A stretch of 64,000 nt of DNA from Malacoraja senta (Eukaryota). The notes under the pieces were generated by a model that saw only the letters and a program-made list of their open reading frames with translations, did not search any database and had not been told where the DNA came from. The DNA is taken from assembly GCA_038087875.1 (NCBI GenBank), contig JAXLNO010006092.1:124001-188000 (forward strand). The letters run 5' to 3'. This document shows positions 10,755-23,160 of this stretch, one piece after another (positions within the stretch are counted from its first letter, which is position 1; the number at the start of each line of letters is the position of its first letter). The translations under genes were made by a program, and so were the position numbers.

Positions 10755-12527
10755 GGAAGTCGTGGATAGAGCCTGGATTGACACCTGGAAGTATGTTGTT
10801 GTGGCGATCAGTGACACATGGTTGCAGGAGGGCTGTGATTGGAAACTAAATATTCCAGGATTTCGTTGCTTCTGGTGTGATAGAATTGGAGGGTCAAGAG
10901 GTGGGGGTGTTGCATTGCTTGTCAAGGAAGATATTACAGCAGTGCTTTGGCAGGATAGAGTAGAGGGCTCGTCTAGGGAGGCTATTTGGGTGGAACTGAG
11001 AAATGGGAAAAGTGTAGCAACACATATAGGGGTGTATTATAGACTGCCTAATGGGGAGCGAGAATTGGAAGAGCAAATATGTAAGGAGATAGCAGATATT
11101 AGTAGTAAGCACAAGGTAGTGATTGTGGGAGATTTCAATTTTCCACACTTAGACTGGGAAACACTTACTGTAAAAGGGCTGGTTGGTTTGGAATTTGTAA
11201 AATGTGTGCAGGATAGTTTTTTGCAGCAATACATAGAGGTACCTACTAAAGAAGGGGCAGTGCTGGACCTCCTGTTAGGAAATGAGACAGGGCAGGTGGC
11301 GGAGGTGGGCGTTGGGGAGCACTTCGGGTCCAGTGATCACAATACCATTAGTTTCAATATAATTATGGAGAGGATCAGAACTGGACCTAGGGTTAAAATT
11401 TTTGATTGGAGAAAGTCTAACTTTGAGGAGATGCGAAAGGATTTAAAAGGAGTGAATTGGGACATGTTGTTTTATGGGAAGGATGTAGTAGAGAAATGGA
11501 GGACATTTAAAGGTGACATTTTAAGAGTACAGAATCTTTATGTCCCTGTTCGGTTGAAAGGAAATAGTAAAAATTGGAAAGAGCCATGGTTTTCAAGGGA
11601 AATTGGACACTTGGTTCGGAAAAAGAGAGAGATCTACAATAATTATTGCCAGCATGGAGTAAATGAGGTGCTTGAGGAGTATAAAGAATGTAAAAAGAAT
11701 ATTAAGAAATAAATTAGAAAAGCTAAAAGAAGATATGAGGTTGCTTTTGCAAGTAAGGTGAAAGTAAATCCAAAGGGTTTCTACAGCTATATTAATAGAA
11801 AAAGGATAATAAGGAATAAAATTGGTCCATTAGAGAGTCAGAGTGGACAGCTATCTGCAGAGGCAAAAGAGATGGGGGAGATATTGAACAATTTTTTTTC
11901 TTCGGTATTCACCAAGGAGAAGGATATGGAATTCTGTGAGTTAAGGGAAACAAGCAGAGTAGCAATGGAAACTATGAGATTCAAATAAGAGGAGGTGCGG
12001 ACAGTTTTGAAAAATATGAAAATGGATAAGCCTCCAGGTCCTGACAGGATATTTTCTAGGGCAGTGAGGGAAGTTAGTGTAGAAATAGCAGGGGCTATGA
12101 CAAAAATATTTCAAATGTCATTAGAAACGGGAATAGTGCCGGAGGATTGGCGTACAGCGCATGTTGTTCCGTTGTTTAAAAAGGGTTGTGAGAGTAAACC
12201 AAGCAATTATAGACCTGTTAGTTTGACGTCAGTGGTGGGCAAATTAATGGAAATGATACTTAGAGATAATATATATAAGCATCTGGATAAGCAGGGTCTG
12301 ATTAGGAACAGTCAACATGGATTTGTGCCTGGAAGGTCATGTTTGACTAATCTTCTTGAATTTTTCGAAGAGGTTACTAGCGAAATTGATGAGGGTAAAG
12401 CAGTGGATGTTGTCTATATGGACTTCAGTAAGGCCTTTGACAAGGTTCCTCATGGAAGGTTGGTTAAGAAGATTCAATTGTTCGGTATTAATGGTGGAGT
12501 AGCAAGATGGATTCAACAGTGGCTGAA
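10755..12527 (+). mobile_element. CR1-like LINE (subfamily 'C') ORF2 fragment: APE endonuclease to RT N-half, 3'-truncated
   Basis: ORFs 10762-11712 (VGDFNFP, LDLLLGN, SDHN) and 11995-12576 ([31 protein letters not shown]). The element ends abruptly at GGCTGAATG. Confidence 0.92.
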
Positions 12528-13261
12528 TGCAATATGGGATGACTTTGGTGTAATGACAAAACATTGTCCTCAATGAGAACTGTGCAATGGTCTTCTGATT
12601 TCTGCCAAAGCCATGGTCAACAGATTCACCTGTTGCAGGTGGACAGGAGAGGAGGAGGTCAAGTAGGTCAATCCCTTGTGTTGGCTCATTCTCTACCTGC
12701 TGTAGAAAGAGCCTGGTAGACACATCCTTCAGGGTTCGGCCATCTCAGTGAGTGGTCGTGTGACCAAGCCACTCCCAATGATGGATGCTGAGGTCCACAC
12801 CCAGTGTACACTCTGTATTCCTGCTTCTTTTAATGTCATTCGAGATTTTGCTCAGCTGACCAATAATGGTGGGCATTCATTAGGACAGTGAAAGCTTCCC
12901 ATGGTGTAATCTGTGGGCTCCTTCCCATGAAGAGGCAAGTGAGGAAACAGCATGTTCTTTCTCCTTTCACCAGGGCCAATCCTCTCCCCGGGAATGGTTC
13001 AGTTTATCCCAATGGGTGCAATGGAATTGCCAGCATGTTTAATGAACACAACCCTCTATGGAGGTTTTTTCATCATGGAATGGCAGGACCTCCCTGGATT
13101 GCATGTACTCTCTCGTGGAACATCAGGCCCAGCAGGATGCAGAAAAGCACCTGGAGCTCTCCCATTTGAGATCCATTCAAAATGTTCAAAATCGCAAAGG
13201 TGCAAGTTCAATTCCAGATGGAATCTTTATTTGTGGTATAATTATATATCTGAACCCATTT

Positions 13262-14032
13262 CTATTATCTAAATGGTGGACGATTTGGAAAAGGGGAGAT
13301 GCAGCGAGACCTGGGTGTCATGGTACACCAGTCATTGAAAGTAGGCATGCAGGTGCAGCAGGCAGTGAAGAAAGCGAATGGTATGTTAGCTTTCATAGCA
13401 AAAGGATTTGAGTATAGGAGCAGGGAGGTTCTACTGCAGTTGTACAGGGTCTTGGTGAGACCACACCTGGAGTATTGCGTACAGTTTTGGTCTCCAAATC
13501 CGAGGAAGGACATTATAGCCATAGAGGGAGTGCAGAGAAGGTTCACCAGACTGATTCCTGGGATGTCAGGACTTTCATATGAAGAAAGACTGGATAGACT
13601 CGGCTTGTACTCGCTAGAATTTAGGAGATTGAGAGGGGATCTTATAGAAACGTACAAAATTCTTATGGGGTTGGACAGGCTAGATGCAGGAAGATTGTTC
13701 CCGATGTTGGGAAAGTCCAGGACAAGGGGTCACAGCTTAAGGATAAGGGGGAAATCCTTTAAGACCGAGATGAGGAAAAACTTTTTCACACAGAGAGTGG
13801 TGAATCTCTGGAACTCTCTGCCACAGAGGGTAGTTGAGGCCAGTTCATTGGCTATATTTAAGAGGGAGTTAGATGTGGCCCTTGTGGCTAAAGGGATCAG
13901 GGGGTATGGAGAGAAGGCAGGTACGGGATACTGAGTTGGATGATCAGCCATGATCATATTGAATGGCGGTGCAGGCTCGAAGGGCCGAATGGCCTACTCC
14001 TGCACCTATTTTCTATGTATCTATGTATCTAT
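13262..14032 (+). mobile_element. 5'-truncated CR1 (subfamily 'A') 3' end, inserted only in duplication copy 1
   Basis: ORF 13299-13934 is a CR1 RT C-terminus. The empty site TGAACCCATTT|GTATCAACACC is intact in copy 2 (about 49505-49526, reverse). Confidence 0.93.
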
Positions 14033-14504
14033 GTATCAACACCAGTGGTGCCGGAAACCTGAGCTGGAGGGGGAGTGTCATTTAGTTTGACAAGAGGCAG
14101 TGTCAGTTACTGTGCAGTGTGAGGGAACCTCAGCTTGTCCTGTGCTGGGCTCAAAGCCATGTCGCTGCTTCTCCAGAATTCTACACAAGTTCCTCTGCAG
14201 AAGGTCAGTAAACTTCAGACATTATTCTTCATTGGTAATAGTGGATTAAATGAACGCGATTAAATGATTGAAATGTAGTTTGCAAAACTGATGTACTTCT
14301 TCAAATGTTATTGTGAAATGTGTTCTCCTATTACAATGATGGTGTCTTCACTAAAAAGGGAACAAATGTCATTGTTTTTGCTACATCCGACTGATTAAAA
14401 TCTAAAATAGCGGTGTTTCTCTTGACTATTCAAATTCAGTTTATTCTTTCCAATGAATAAAGCTAATGTTATTATTGTTTCAAATGTTTCTATTTTTTTT
14501 CCAA

Positions 14505-16975
14505 TGTTCAATAGATTCAGGATCAGTTCCTGTGGATTGGAGGGTAGCTAATGTTATCCCGCTTTTTAAGAAATGCGGGAGAGAGAAAACAGGGAATTAT
14601 AGACCAGTTAGCCTGACATCGGTGGTGGGGTAGATGCTGGAGTCAATTATAAAAGATGAGATAGCCGCACATTTGGATAGCAGTAACAGGATCGGTCCGA
14701 GTCAGCATGGATTTACGAAGGGGAAATCATGCTTGACTAAATCTTCTGGAATCTTCTGGAGGATGTAACTAGGAAAATGGACAAGGGAGAGCCAGTGGAT
14801 GTAGTGTACCTGGACTTTCAGAAAGCATTTGATAAGGTCCCACATAGGAGATTAGTGGGCAAAATTAGGGCACATGGTATTGGGGTAGAGTGCTGACATG
14901 GATAGAGAAGTGGTTGGCAGACAGGAAACAAAGAGTAGGGATTAACGGGTCCCTTTCAGAATGGCAGTGAGTTGACTAGTGGGGTACCGCAAGGCTCGGT
15001 GCTGGGACCGCAGCTATTTACAATATACATCAATGATTTGGATGAAGGGATTCAAATTAACATTAGCAAATTTGCAGATGACACAAAGCTGGGTGGCAGT
15101 GTGGACTGTGAGGAAGATGCTATGAGAATACAGGGTGACTTGGACAGGTTGGGGGAGTGGGCAGATGCATGGCAGATGAAGTTTAATGTGGATAAATGTG
15201 AGGTTATCCACTTTGGAGCAAAAACAGGAAGGCAGATTACTATCTAAATGGCGTCAAATTAACCTTGTAAACCTACGCTGCATTCCATCAATAGCAAGAA
15301 TGTCCTTCCTCAAATGTGGAGACCAAAACTGCACACAATACTCCAGGTGTGGTCTCACTAGGGCTCTGTACAACTGCAGAAGGATCTCTTTGCTCCTATA
15401 TTGAACTCCTCTTGTTATAAAGGCCAACATGCCATTTGCTTTCTTCACTGCCTGTTGTACCTACATGCTTACTTTCATAGACTGATGAACAAGGACCCCC
15501 AGATCCCGTTGTACTTCCCCTTTTCCCAACTTGACGCCATTTAGATAGTAATGTGCCTTGCTGTTTTTGCTACCAAAGTGGATAACCTCACATTTATCTG
15601 CATTAAACTTCATCTGCCATGCATCTGCCCACTCCCCCAACCTGTCCAAGTCACCCTGCATTCTCATAGCATCCTCCTCACAGTTCACACTGCCACCCAG
15701 CTTTGTGTCATCTGCAAATTTGCTAATGTTACTTTGAATCTCTTCATCCAAATCATTGATGTATATTGTAAATAGCTGCGGTCCCAGCACCGAGCATTGC
15801 GGTACCCAACTAGTCACTGACTGCCATTCTGAAAGGGACCCGTTAATCCCTACTCTGTGTTTCCTGTCTGCCAAACACTTCTCTATCCATGTCAGCACTC
15901 TACCCCAATACCATGTGCCCTAATTTTGCCCACTAATCTCCTATGTGGGACCTTTTCAAATGCTTTCTGAAAGTCCAGGTACACTACATCCACTGGCTCT
16001 CCCATGTCCATTTTCTTCGTTACATCTTCAAAAAATTCCAGAAGATTAGTCAAGCATGATTTCCCCTTCGTAAATCCATGCTGACTCGGACCGATCCTGT
16101 TACTGCTATCCAAATGTGAGGCTATTTCATCTTTCATAATTGACTCCAGCATCTTCCCCACCACCGATGTCAGGCTAACTGGTCTATAATTCCCTGTTTT
16201 CTCTCTCCCGCCTTTCTTAAAAAGTGGGATAACATTAGCTACCCTCCAATCCACAGGAACTGATCCTGAGTCTATAGAACATTGGAAAATTACCACCAAT
16301 GCATCCACGATTTCTAGAGCCACTTCCTTAAGTACCCTGGGATGCAGACCATCAGGCCCTGGGGATTTATCAGCCTTCAGTCCCATCTGTCTATCCAACA
16401 CCATTTCCTGCCTAATGTGGATTTCCTTCAGTTCCTCCGTCACCCCAGATCCTCTTGCCACTACTATATCAGGAAGATTGTTTGTGTCCTCCTTAGTGAA
16501 GACAGATCCAAAGTACCTGGTCAACTCATCTGCCATTTCCTTGTTCCCCATAATATAGTCACCTTTTTCAGTCTACAAGGGTCCAACTTTGGTCTTAACT
16601 AATTTTATCCTCTTCACATACCTAAAGAAGCTTTTACTATCCTGCTTTATATTCTTGGCTAGCTTACCCTTCGTACCTCATCTTTTCTCCCCGTATTGTC
16701 TTTTTGGTTATCTTCTGTTGTTCTTTAAACATTACCCAATCCTCTTGCTTCCCGCTCATCTTTGCTACGTTGTACTTCTTCGCTTTAATTTTTATACTGT
16801 CCCTGACGTCCTTTGTCAGCCATGGTCTCATCCCTTTCTCCCCTTGGAATCTTTCTTCCTCCTAGGAATGAACTGATCCTGCACCTTCTGTATTATTCCT
16901 AGAAACACCTGCCATTTTTGTTCCACTGTCATCCCTGCTAGTGTATCTTTCCAGTCAATTTTGGCCGGCTCCTCC
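14505..16975. mobile_element. CR1 RT fragments forming a fold-back (plus arm 14505-15256, minus arm 15257-16975)
   Basis: The plus arm is the reverse complement of about 15530-16290. Junction GGCGTCAA/ATTAACCTTG. The same structure occurs at 46560-49050. Confidence 0.85.
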
Positions 16976-17404
16976 CAGTCAGTTGAGCTAGTGTCCAAAT
17001 ATACACACAGATGCAGCAAAGAGTCATAGAGCTGTACAGCATGGAAATAGGCCCATTGGCCCAATGCATACATGCCAACCAAGTTGTCTATCTGAGCCAG
17101 TCCCAACTGCCTGCACCTAACCCATGTCGGTCCATACATTTCCTATCCATAATATTGTGGATAAACAGAAAGACTGAGAACTATAGGAATTGTGATTGAT
17201 TCAGAAATATTGATAAAGATATCTGCGTCTTTGTGCACTAATCACTGAAAGCAGACATGTGATGCAGCCTGCAGTAAGTAGGCAAGTGATATTTGTTAGT
17301 CTTCTCTTCTGGAGTTTTTGAGCACAGTAACAAGATGTCTTGTTGCCATATTACAGGATATTCCTGCGACCACCCCTCGTGTGCTGTTTTGTTCTCCTTA
17401 CCCA

Positions 17405-20400
17405 TTAAGGATCAGATAGGCGATTCTGTGGACGCAGTCAGGAGACCCAGATGGTAGTTTGCCTCACTGGTGCCAGGGTCTGGGATGTGTCTGAACGTGT
17501 CCAAGATATCCTGAAATGGGAGGGAGAGGAGCCTGAGGTCATGGTACATATAGGTACCAATGACATAGGTAGAAAAAGAGAAGAGGTCCTGAAAGGAGAA
17601 TCTAGGGAGTTAGGAAGAGAGTTAAGGAGAAGGACCGCAAAAGTAACAATCTCAGGATTACTGCCTGTGCCACGTGACAGTGAGAGTAGGAATCGACTGA
17701 GGTGGAGGATAAATTTGGGGCTGAGGGACTGGTGCAGAGGGCAGGGATTCAAGTTTCTGGATCATTGGGGCCACTTTTGGGGAAGGTGTGACCTGTACAA
17801 AAAGGATGGGTTGCACTTGAACCTGAGGGGAATCAATATCCTGGTGGCAAGATTTGCAAACGCTACTGGGGGGACTTTAAACTAGAACGGTTGGGGGGAG
17901 GGACTCAAATAGAGAAAGCTAGTAGACGGTGTGTGAGGCAGGAGGCAGAGAAGGGAAGCACTCAGACCCAACATGTAGGGAAGAAAGAAGAAAAAGATAA
18001 TAAACAGAGAATAAGAGGTGGTGGGTTTCTTAAATGTGTATATTTTAATGCTAGGAGCATTGTAAGAAAGGTGGATGAGCTTAGAGCCTGGTTTGACACC
18101 TGGAAGTATGATGTTGCGGCGATTAGTCAAATCAAATCAAATCAACCTTTATTGTCATCTTGCAAGCAACAGTTGTACAGTGCAAAATGAAAAGACGTTT
18201 CCCAGGGAATACCGGAGCATCGCACATGAAATTTAAAACATTTCACACATAATAACACTTAAAAACTATCCAGTCCCTGATGGAACAGTATAAATAGTTT
18301 AAAAAGTAGGTAAAAACAACGTTAAAATACAGTAAACCAATCATAAACATGTCCGGGGTGGCTGATTTGAGTGGCCAGTGCCAGCTATTGAAGTGGCCAG
18401 TGTCAGTTATTAAAGTGTCCGTGCCAAGCCGCAGAATCAGGTGACTGTGAGTACAGAGTGGCTGTTTATCAGCCTCGCAGCATATGGCAGGAAGCTGTTT
18501 AGCATTCTTGTAGTCCGGGCTTTGATGCTGCGATATCTCTTGCCTGATGGCAGGAGATCCAGGTGTATGTGGAGGGGGTGCAGTTTGTCCTTAGCAATTC
18601 TCTGAGCTTTTTTCCGACAGCGGCTCTGGAACAGTTCTTGTACCGAGGGTAGGGAGACGCCAATGATCTTCTCTGCTCCCCTCATTACCCTCTGCAGAGC
18701 CTTCCTGTTCGAGCAGTTGCAGGTGGAGTACCACATATTTATGCAGTACGTGAGTACAGACTCCACCGTACCCCTGTAGAAAGTCCTGAGGATGTTGGTG
18801 GGGATTGAGGCCTGTTTTAGTTTCCTCAGGAAGTGCAGTCGCTGATGGGCCCGTTTGACGGTCCCAGTGGTGTTCCTGGACCAGGTGAGGCTGTCTGTAA
18901 TTTGCACCCCGAGGAACTAGTGAAACATGGTTGCAGGATGGCTGTGATTGGAAACTAAATATTCCAGAGATAAGAGGTGGAGGTGTTGCATTGCTTGTCA
19001 AGGAAGATATTACAGCAGTGCTTTGGCAGGATAGATTAGAGGGCTCGTCTAGGGAGGCTATTTGGGTGGAACTGAGAAATGGGAAAGGTGTAGCAACACT
19101 TATAGGGGTGTATTATAGACCGCCTAATGGGGAGCGAGAATTGGAAGAGCAAATATGTAAGGAGATAGCAGATATTAGTAGTAAGCACAAGGTAGTGATT
19201 GTGGGAGATTTCAATTTTCCACACATAGACTGGGAAACACATTCTGTAAAAGGACTGGATGGTTTGGAGTTTGTAAAATGTGTGCAGGATAGTTTTTTGC
19301 AGCAATACATAGAGGTACCTACTAGAGAAGGGGCAGTGCTGGATCTCCTGTTAGGAAATGAGACAAGTCAGTTGACAGAAGTATGTGTTGGGGAGCACTT
19401 CGAGTCCCGTGATCACAATGCCATTAGTTTCAATATAATTATGGAGAAGGTCAGAACTGGACCAAGGGTTGAGATTTTTGATTGGAGAAAGGCTAACTTT
19501 GAGGAGATGCGAAAGGGTTTAAAAGGAGTGAATTGGGACATTTTGTTTTATGGGAAGGATGTAGAAGAGAAATGGAGGACATTTAAAGGTGAAATTTGAA
19601 GAGTACAGAATCTTTATGACCCGGTTCAGTTGAAAGCAAAGAGTAATAATTGGAAAGAGCCATGGTTTTCAAGGGAAATTGGACATGGTTCGGAAAAAGA
19701 GAGAGATCTACAATATTTATAGGCAGCATGGAGTAAATGAGTTGCTTGAAGAGTATAAAGAATGTAAAAAGAATCTTAAGAGAGAAATTAGAAAAGCTGA
19801 AAGAAGATATTGAGGTTGCTTTGTGAAAGTAAATCCAAAGGGTTTCTACAGCTATATTAATAGCAAAAGTATAACGAGGGATAAAATTGGTCCATTAGAG
19901 TGTCACAGTGGACAGCTATGTGCAGAGCCAAAAGAGATGGGGGAGATATTGAACAATTTCTTTTCTTCGGTATTCACCAAGCAGAAGGATATTGAATTAT
20001 GTGAGGTAAGGGAAACAAGTAGAGTAGCTATGGAAACTATGAGATTCAAAGAAGAGGAAGTGCGGACACTTTTGAAAAATATAAAAATGGATAAGTATCC
20101 AGGTCCGGACAGGATATTCCCTAGGACATTGAGGGAAGTTAGTGTAGAAATAGCAGGGGCTATGACAGAAATATTTCAAATGTCATTAGAAACGGGAATG
20201 GTGCCGGAGGATTGGCGTACTGCGCATGTTGCTCCATTGTTTAAGAAGGGTTCTAAGAGTAAACCTAGCAATTATAGACCTGTTAGTTTGACGTCAGTGG
20301 TGGGCAAATTAATGGAAAGGATACTTAGAGATAATATATATAATCATCTGGATAAACAGGGTCTGATTAGGAACAGCCCGCATGGATTTGTGCCTGGAAG

Positions 20401-21654
20401 GTCATGTTTGACTAATCTTCTTGAATTTTTTGAAGAGGTTACTAGGGAAATTGATGAGGGTAAAGCGGTGGATGTTGTCTATATGGACTTCAGTAAGGCC
20501 TTTGACAAGGTTCTACATGGAAGGTTGGTTAAGAATTGTTGGGTATTAATAGTGGAGTAGCAAGATGGATTCAACAGTGGCTGAATGGGAGATACCAGAG
20601 AGTAATGGTGGATAACTGTTTGTCAGGTTGGAGGCCGGTGACTAGTGGGGTGCCTCAGGGATCTGTGTTTTGGTTCCACTGTTGTTTGTCGTATACATCA
20701 ATGATCTGGATGATGGTGTGGTAAATTGGATTAGTAAGTATGCAGATGATACTAAGATAGGTGGTGTTGTGGATAATGAAGTAGATTTTCAAAGTCTACA
20801 GAGAGATTTAGGCCATTTGGAAGAGTGGGCTGAAAGATGGCAGATGGAGTTTAATGCAGATAAGTGTGAGGTGCTACATCTTGGTAGGACAAATCAAAAT
20901 AGGACGTACATGGTAAATGGTAGCGAATTGAGGAATGCAGTAGAACAGAGGGATCTAGGAATAACTGTGCATAGTTCCCTGAAGTTGGAATCTCATGTAG
21001 ATACGGTGGTAAAGAAAGCTTTTGGTCTGCTGGCTTTTATAAATCAGAGCATTGAGTATAGAAGTTGGGATGTAATGTTAAAATTGTACAAAGCATTGGT
21101 GAGGCCAATTCTGGAATATGGTGTACAATTTTGGTCGCCAAATTATAGGAAAGATGTCAACAAAATAGAGAGAGTACAGAGGAGATTTACTAGAATGTTG
21201 CCTGGGTTTCAGCACCTAAGTTACAGAGAAAGGTTGAACAAGATAGGTCTTTATTCTTTGGAGCGCAGAAGGTTAAGGGGGGACTTGATAGAGGTCTTTA
21301 AAATGATGAGAGGGATAGACAGAGTTGACGTGGATAAGCTTTTTCCATTGGTAGTAGGGAAGATTCAAACAAGAGGACATGATTTGAGAATTAAGGGACA
21401 AAAGTTAAGGGGAAACATGAGGGGGAACCTCTTTACTCAGAGAGTGGTAGCTGTGTGGAATGAGCTTCCAGTGGAAGTGATGGAGGCAGGTTCGATTTTA
21501 TCATTTAAAAATAAATTGGATAGGTATATGGACGGGAAAGGAATGGAGGGTTATGGTCTGAGTACAGGTAGATGGGACTAGGTGAGAGTAAGTTTTCGGC
21601 ACGGACTAGAAGGGCCGAGATGGCCTGTTTCCATGCTGTAATTGTTATATTATA
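17405..21654 (+). mobile_element. Near-full-length CR1 (subfamily 'C'): ORF1 SGNH-esterase C-half plus disrupted ORF2 (APE-RT), flanked by TACCCA direct repeat
   Basis: ORF 17451-17885 has GAR..VHIGTNDIG..DGLHLN (CR1 ORF1 esterase). APE and RT ORFs at 18931-21581. TACCCA at 17399-17404 and 21655-21660. Confidence 0.9.
18128..18917 (-). mobile_element. Rex1/Babar-like LINE 3' fragment nested in CR1, TAGT target-site duplication
   Basis: ORF 18437-18907 (KRAHQRLHFLRKLK..FYRGTVESVLTYCI) with a (TTTGA)n tail. TAGT at 18124-18127 and 18918-18921. Absent from copy 2 (GATTAGTGAAAC intact near 45060). Confidence 0.9.
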
Positions 21655-22157
21655 TACCCAAGAAAGGGTTTTCCTGCCACAGAATGAATTCAGCCAAAGC
21701 TGACAAGACTGATTCTTGGAATGGCAGGGCTAACGTGTGAGGTGAGGAGGAGCCACTGGGCCAGTAGTCACTGGAGTTTGGAAGACATGAACGGGACCTC
21801 ACTAAATCAGTCAAAATTCAGGCAGAGCGAGACAAACTCCATTTGTAAAGGATTTTATTCGGCGACTGGAGGATCTAGAACAAGGGGTCGCAGACTTAAG
21901 ACCTGAAGGGCTGAGATGTGGAAAAATGTCTTCATTCTGAATATAGTGAGCCTTTAAAATTCACCCCACGGAAAAAATGGTGGATGACTAGTAAATGAAT
22001 CCAGTTAAGTAGCGGATAGGTTTTTTCTTGACACAAATGGCATCAATGATTATAGGGAGAGAATTGTAATATGGGGTTGACAGAGAAGGTTGTGTTGAAT
22101 GACGGAACGGGCTCAATGTGCCAAATAATCCACCTGCTCCTCTTTTGCATGTTTCAA

Positions 22158-23160
22158 TAAGTAAGTAAGTTTATTGGCCAAGTATTCACATACAAGGATT
22201 TTACCTTGGTGCTCCGCCCACAAGTAACAACATGACATACAGTGACAGTTACGAACGACTCAGAAAACACTAAACATTAATGATAATAAAACATTAATGA
22301 TAAAACACCATTGACCAAGCATGTGAACCAACAAAATACCAGATCAAAGGGAGGCTACAGATTTTTGGCTGTTGAGTAGAGCAACTACTCGTGGATAAAA
22401 ATTGTTTTTATGTCTGGTTGTGGCAGCTTTGACAGCCCGGAGTCGCCTTCCAGAGGGAAGTGATTCAAAGAGTTTGTGGCCAGGATGAGAGGGGTCAGAG
22501 ATGATCTTGCCCGCTCGCTTCCTGGCCCTTGCAGTGTACAGTTCATCAATGGAGGGAAGGTTGCAGCCAATAACCTTCTCTGTTGATCGGACGATTCGCT
22601 GCAGCCTCCAGGTGTCGTGCTTGGTGACTGAGCCAAACCAGACCATGATGGGGATGGTGAGGACAGACTCTACGATGGCCGTGTAGAATTGGACCATCAT
22701 TGCCTGTGGCAGATTGTGCTTCCTCAGCTGCCATAGGAAGTCCATCCTCTGTTGTGCCTTTTTGACTGTGGAGTCGATGGTAGCCCCCCACTTAGGGTCC
22801 TTGGAGATGATGGTTCCCAGGAACTTAAAAGACTCCACAGATGTGACTGTGGTGTTGTTGATGGTGAGTGGGGTGAGGGGAGGGGGAGCTCTCCTAAAGT
22901 CTACAATAAATTCCACTGTCTTAAGAGCATTGAGCTCCAGGTTGTTGCGATGGCACCAGGATGCCAGCTGCATCACTTCCTGTCTGTAGGCAGATTCTTC
23001 CCCATCCTGAATCAGTCCAATCAGGGTTGTGTCGTCCGCAAACTTGAGAAGCTTGACAGAGGTGTCAGTGGAGGTGCAGTCATTGGTGTAGAGAGAGTAG
23101 AGGAGAGGAGAGAGTACACAGCCTTGCGGTGCTCCTATGCTGAGCGTTTGCGGGTCCGAG
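22158..23160 (-). mobile_element. Rex1/Babar-like LINE RT/3' fragment
   Basis: [33 protein letters not shown] motifs; (TTAC)n tail at about 22158-22172. Confidence 0.9.

Larger units (their letters stand above)
12528..21654 (+). repeat. Copy 1 of an inverted segmental duplication (partner about 37583-50250, minus)
   Basis: Same ordered mosaic of unique and repeat segments and the same junctions in both copies. About 4 mismatches in a 170-nt stretch compared by eye (12600-12770 vs 50030-50200). Confidence 0.88.

Noticed and set aside
12530-12790. Duplicated ORFs 12337-12723 and 50062-50346 as a conserved small gene
   Set aside because: EPTQGIDLLDLLLS..DHGFGRNQ resembles a decayed LINE APE endonuclease; conservation is explained by the segmental duplication.
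14085-14160. TACTGTG / CACAGTA heptamer-like sites suggesting V(D)J recombination signals (also CACAGTG at 43753)
   Set aside because: No acceptable nonamer at 12- or 23-bp spacing.
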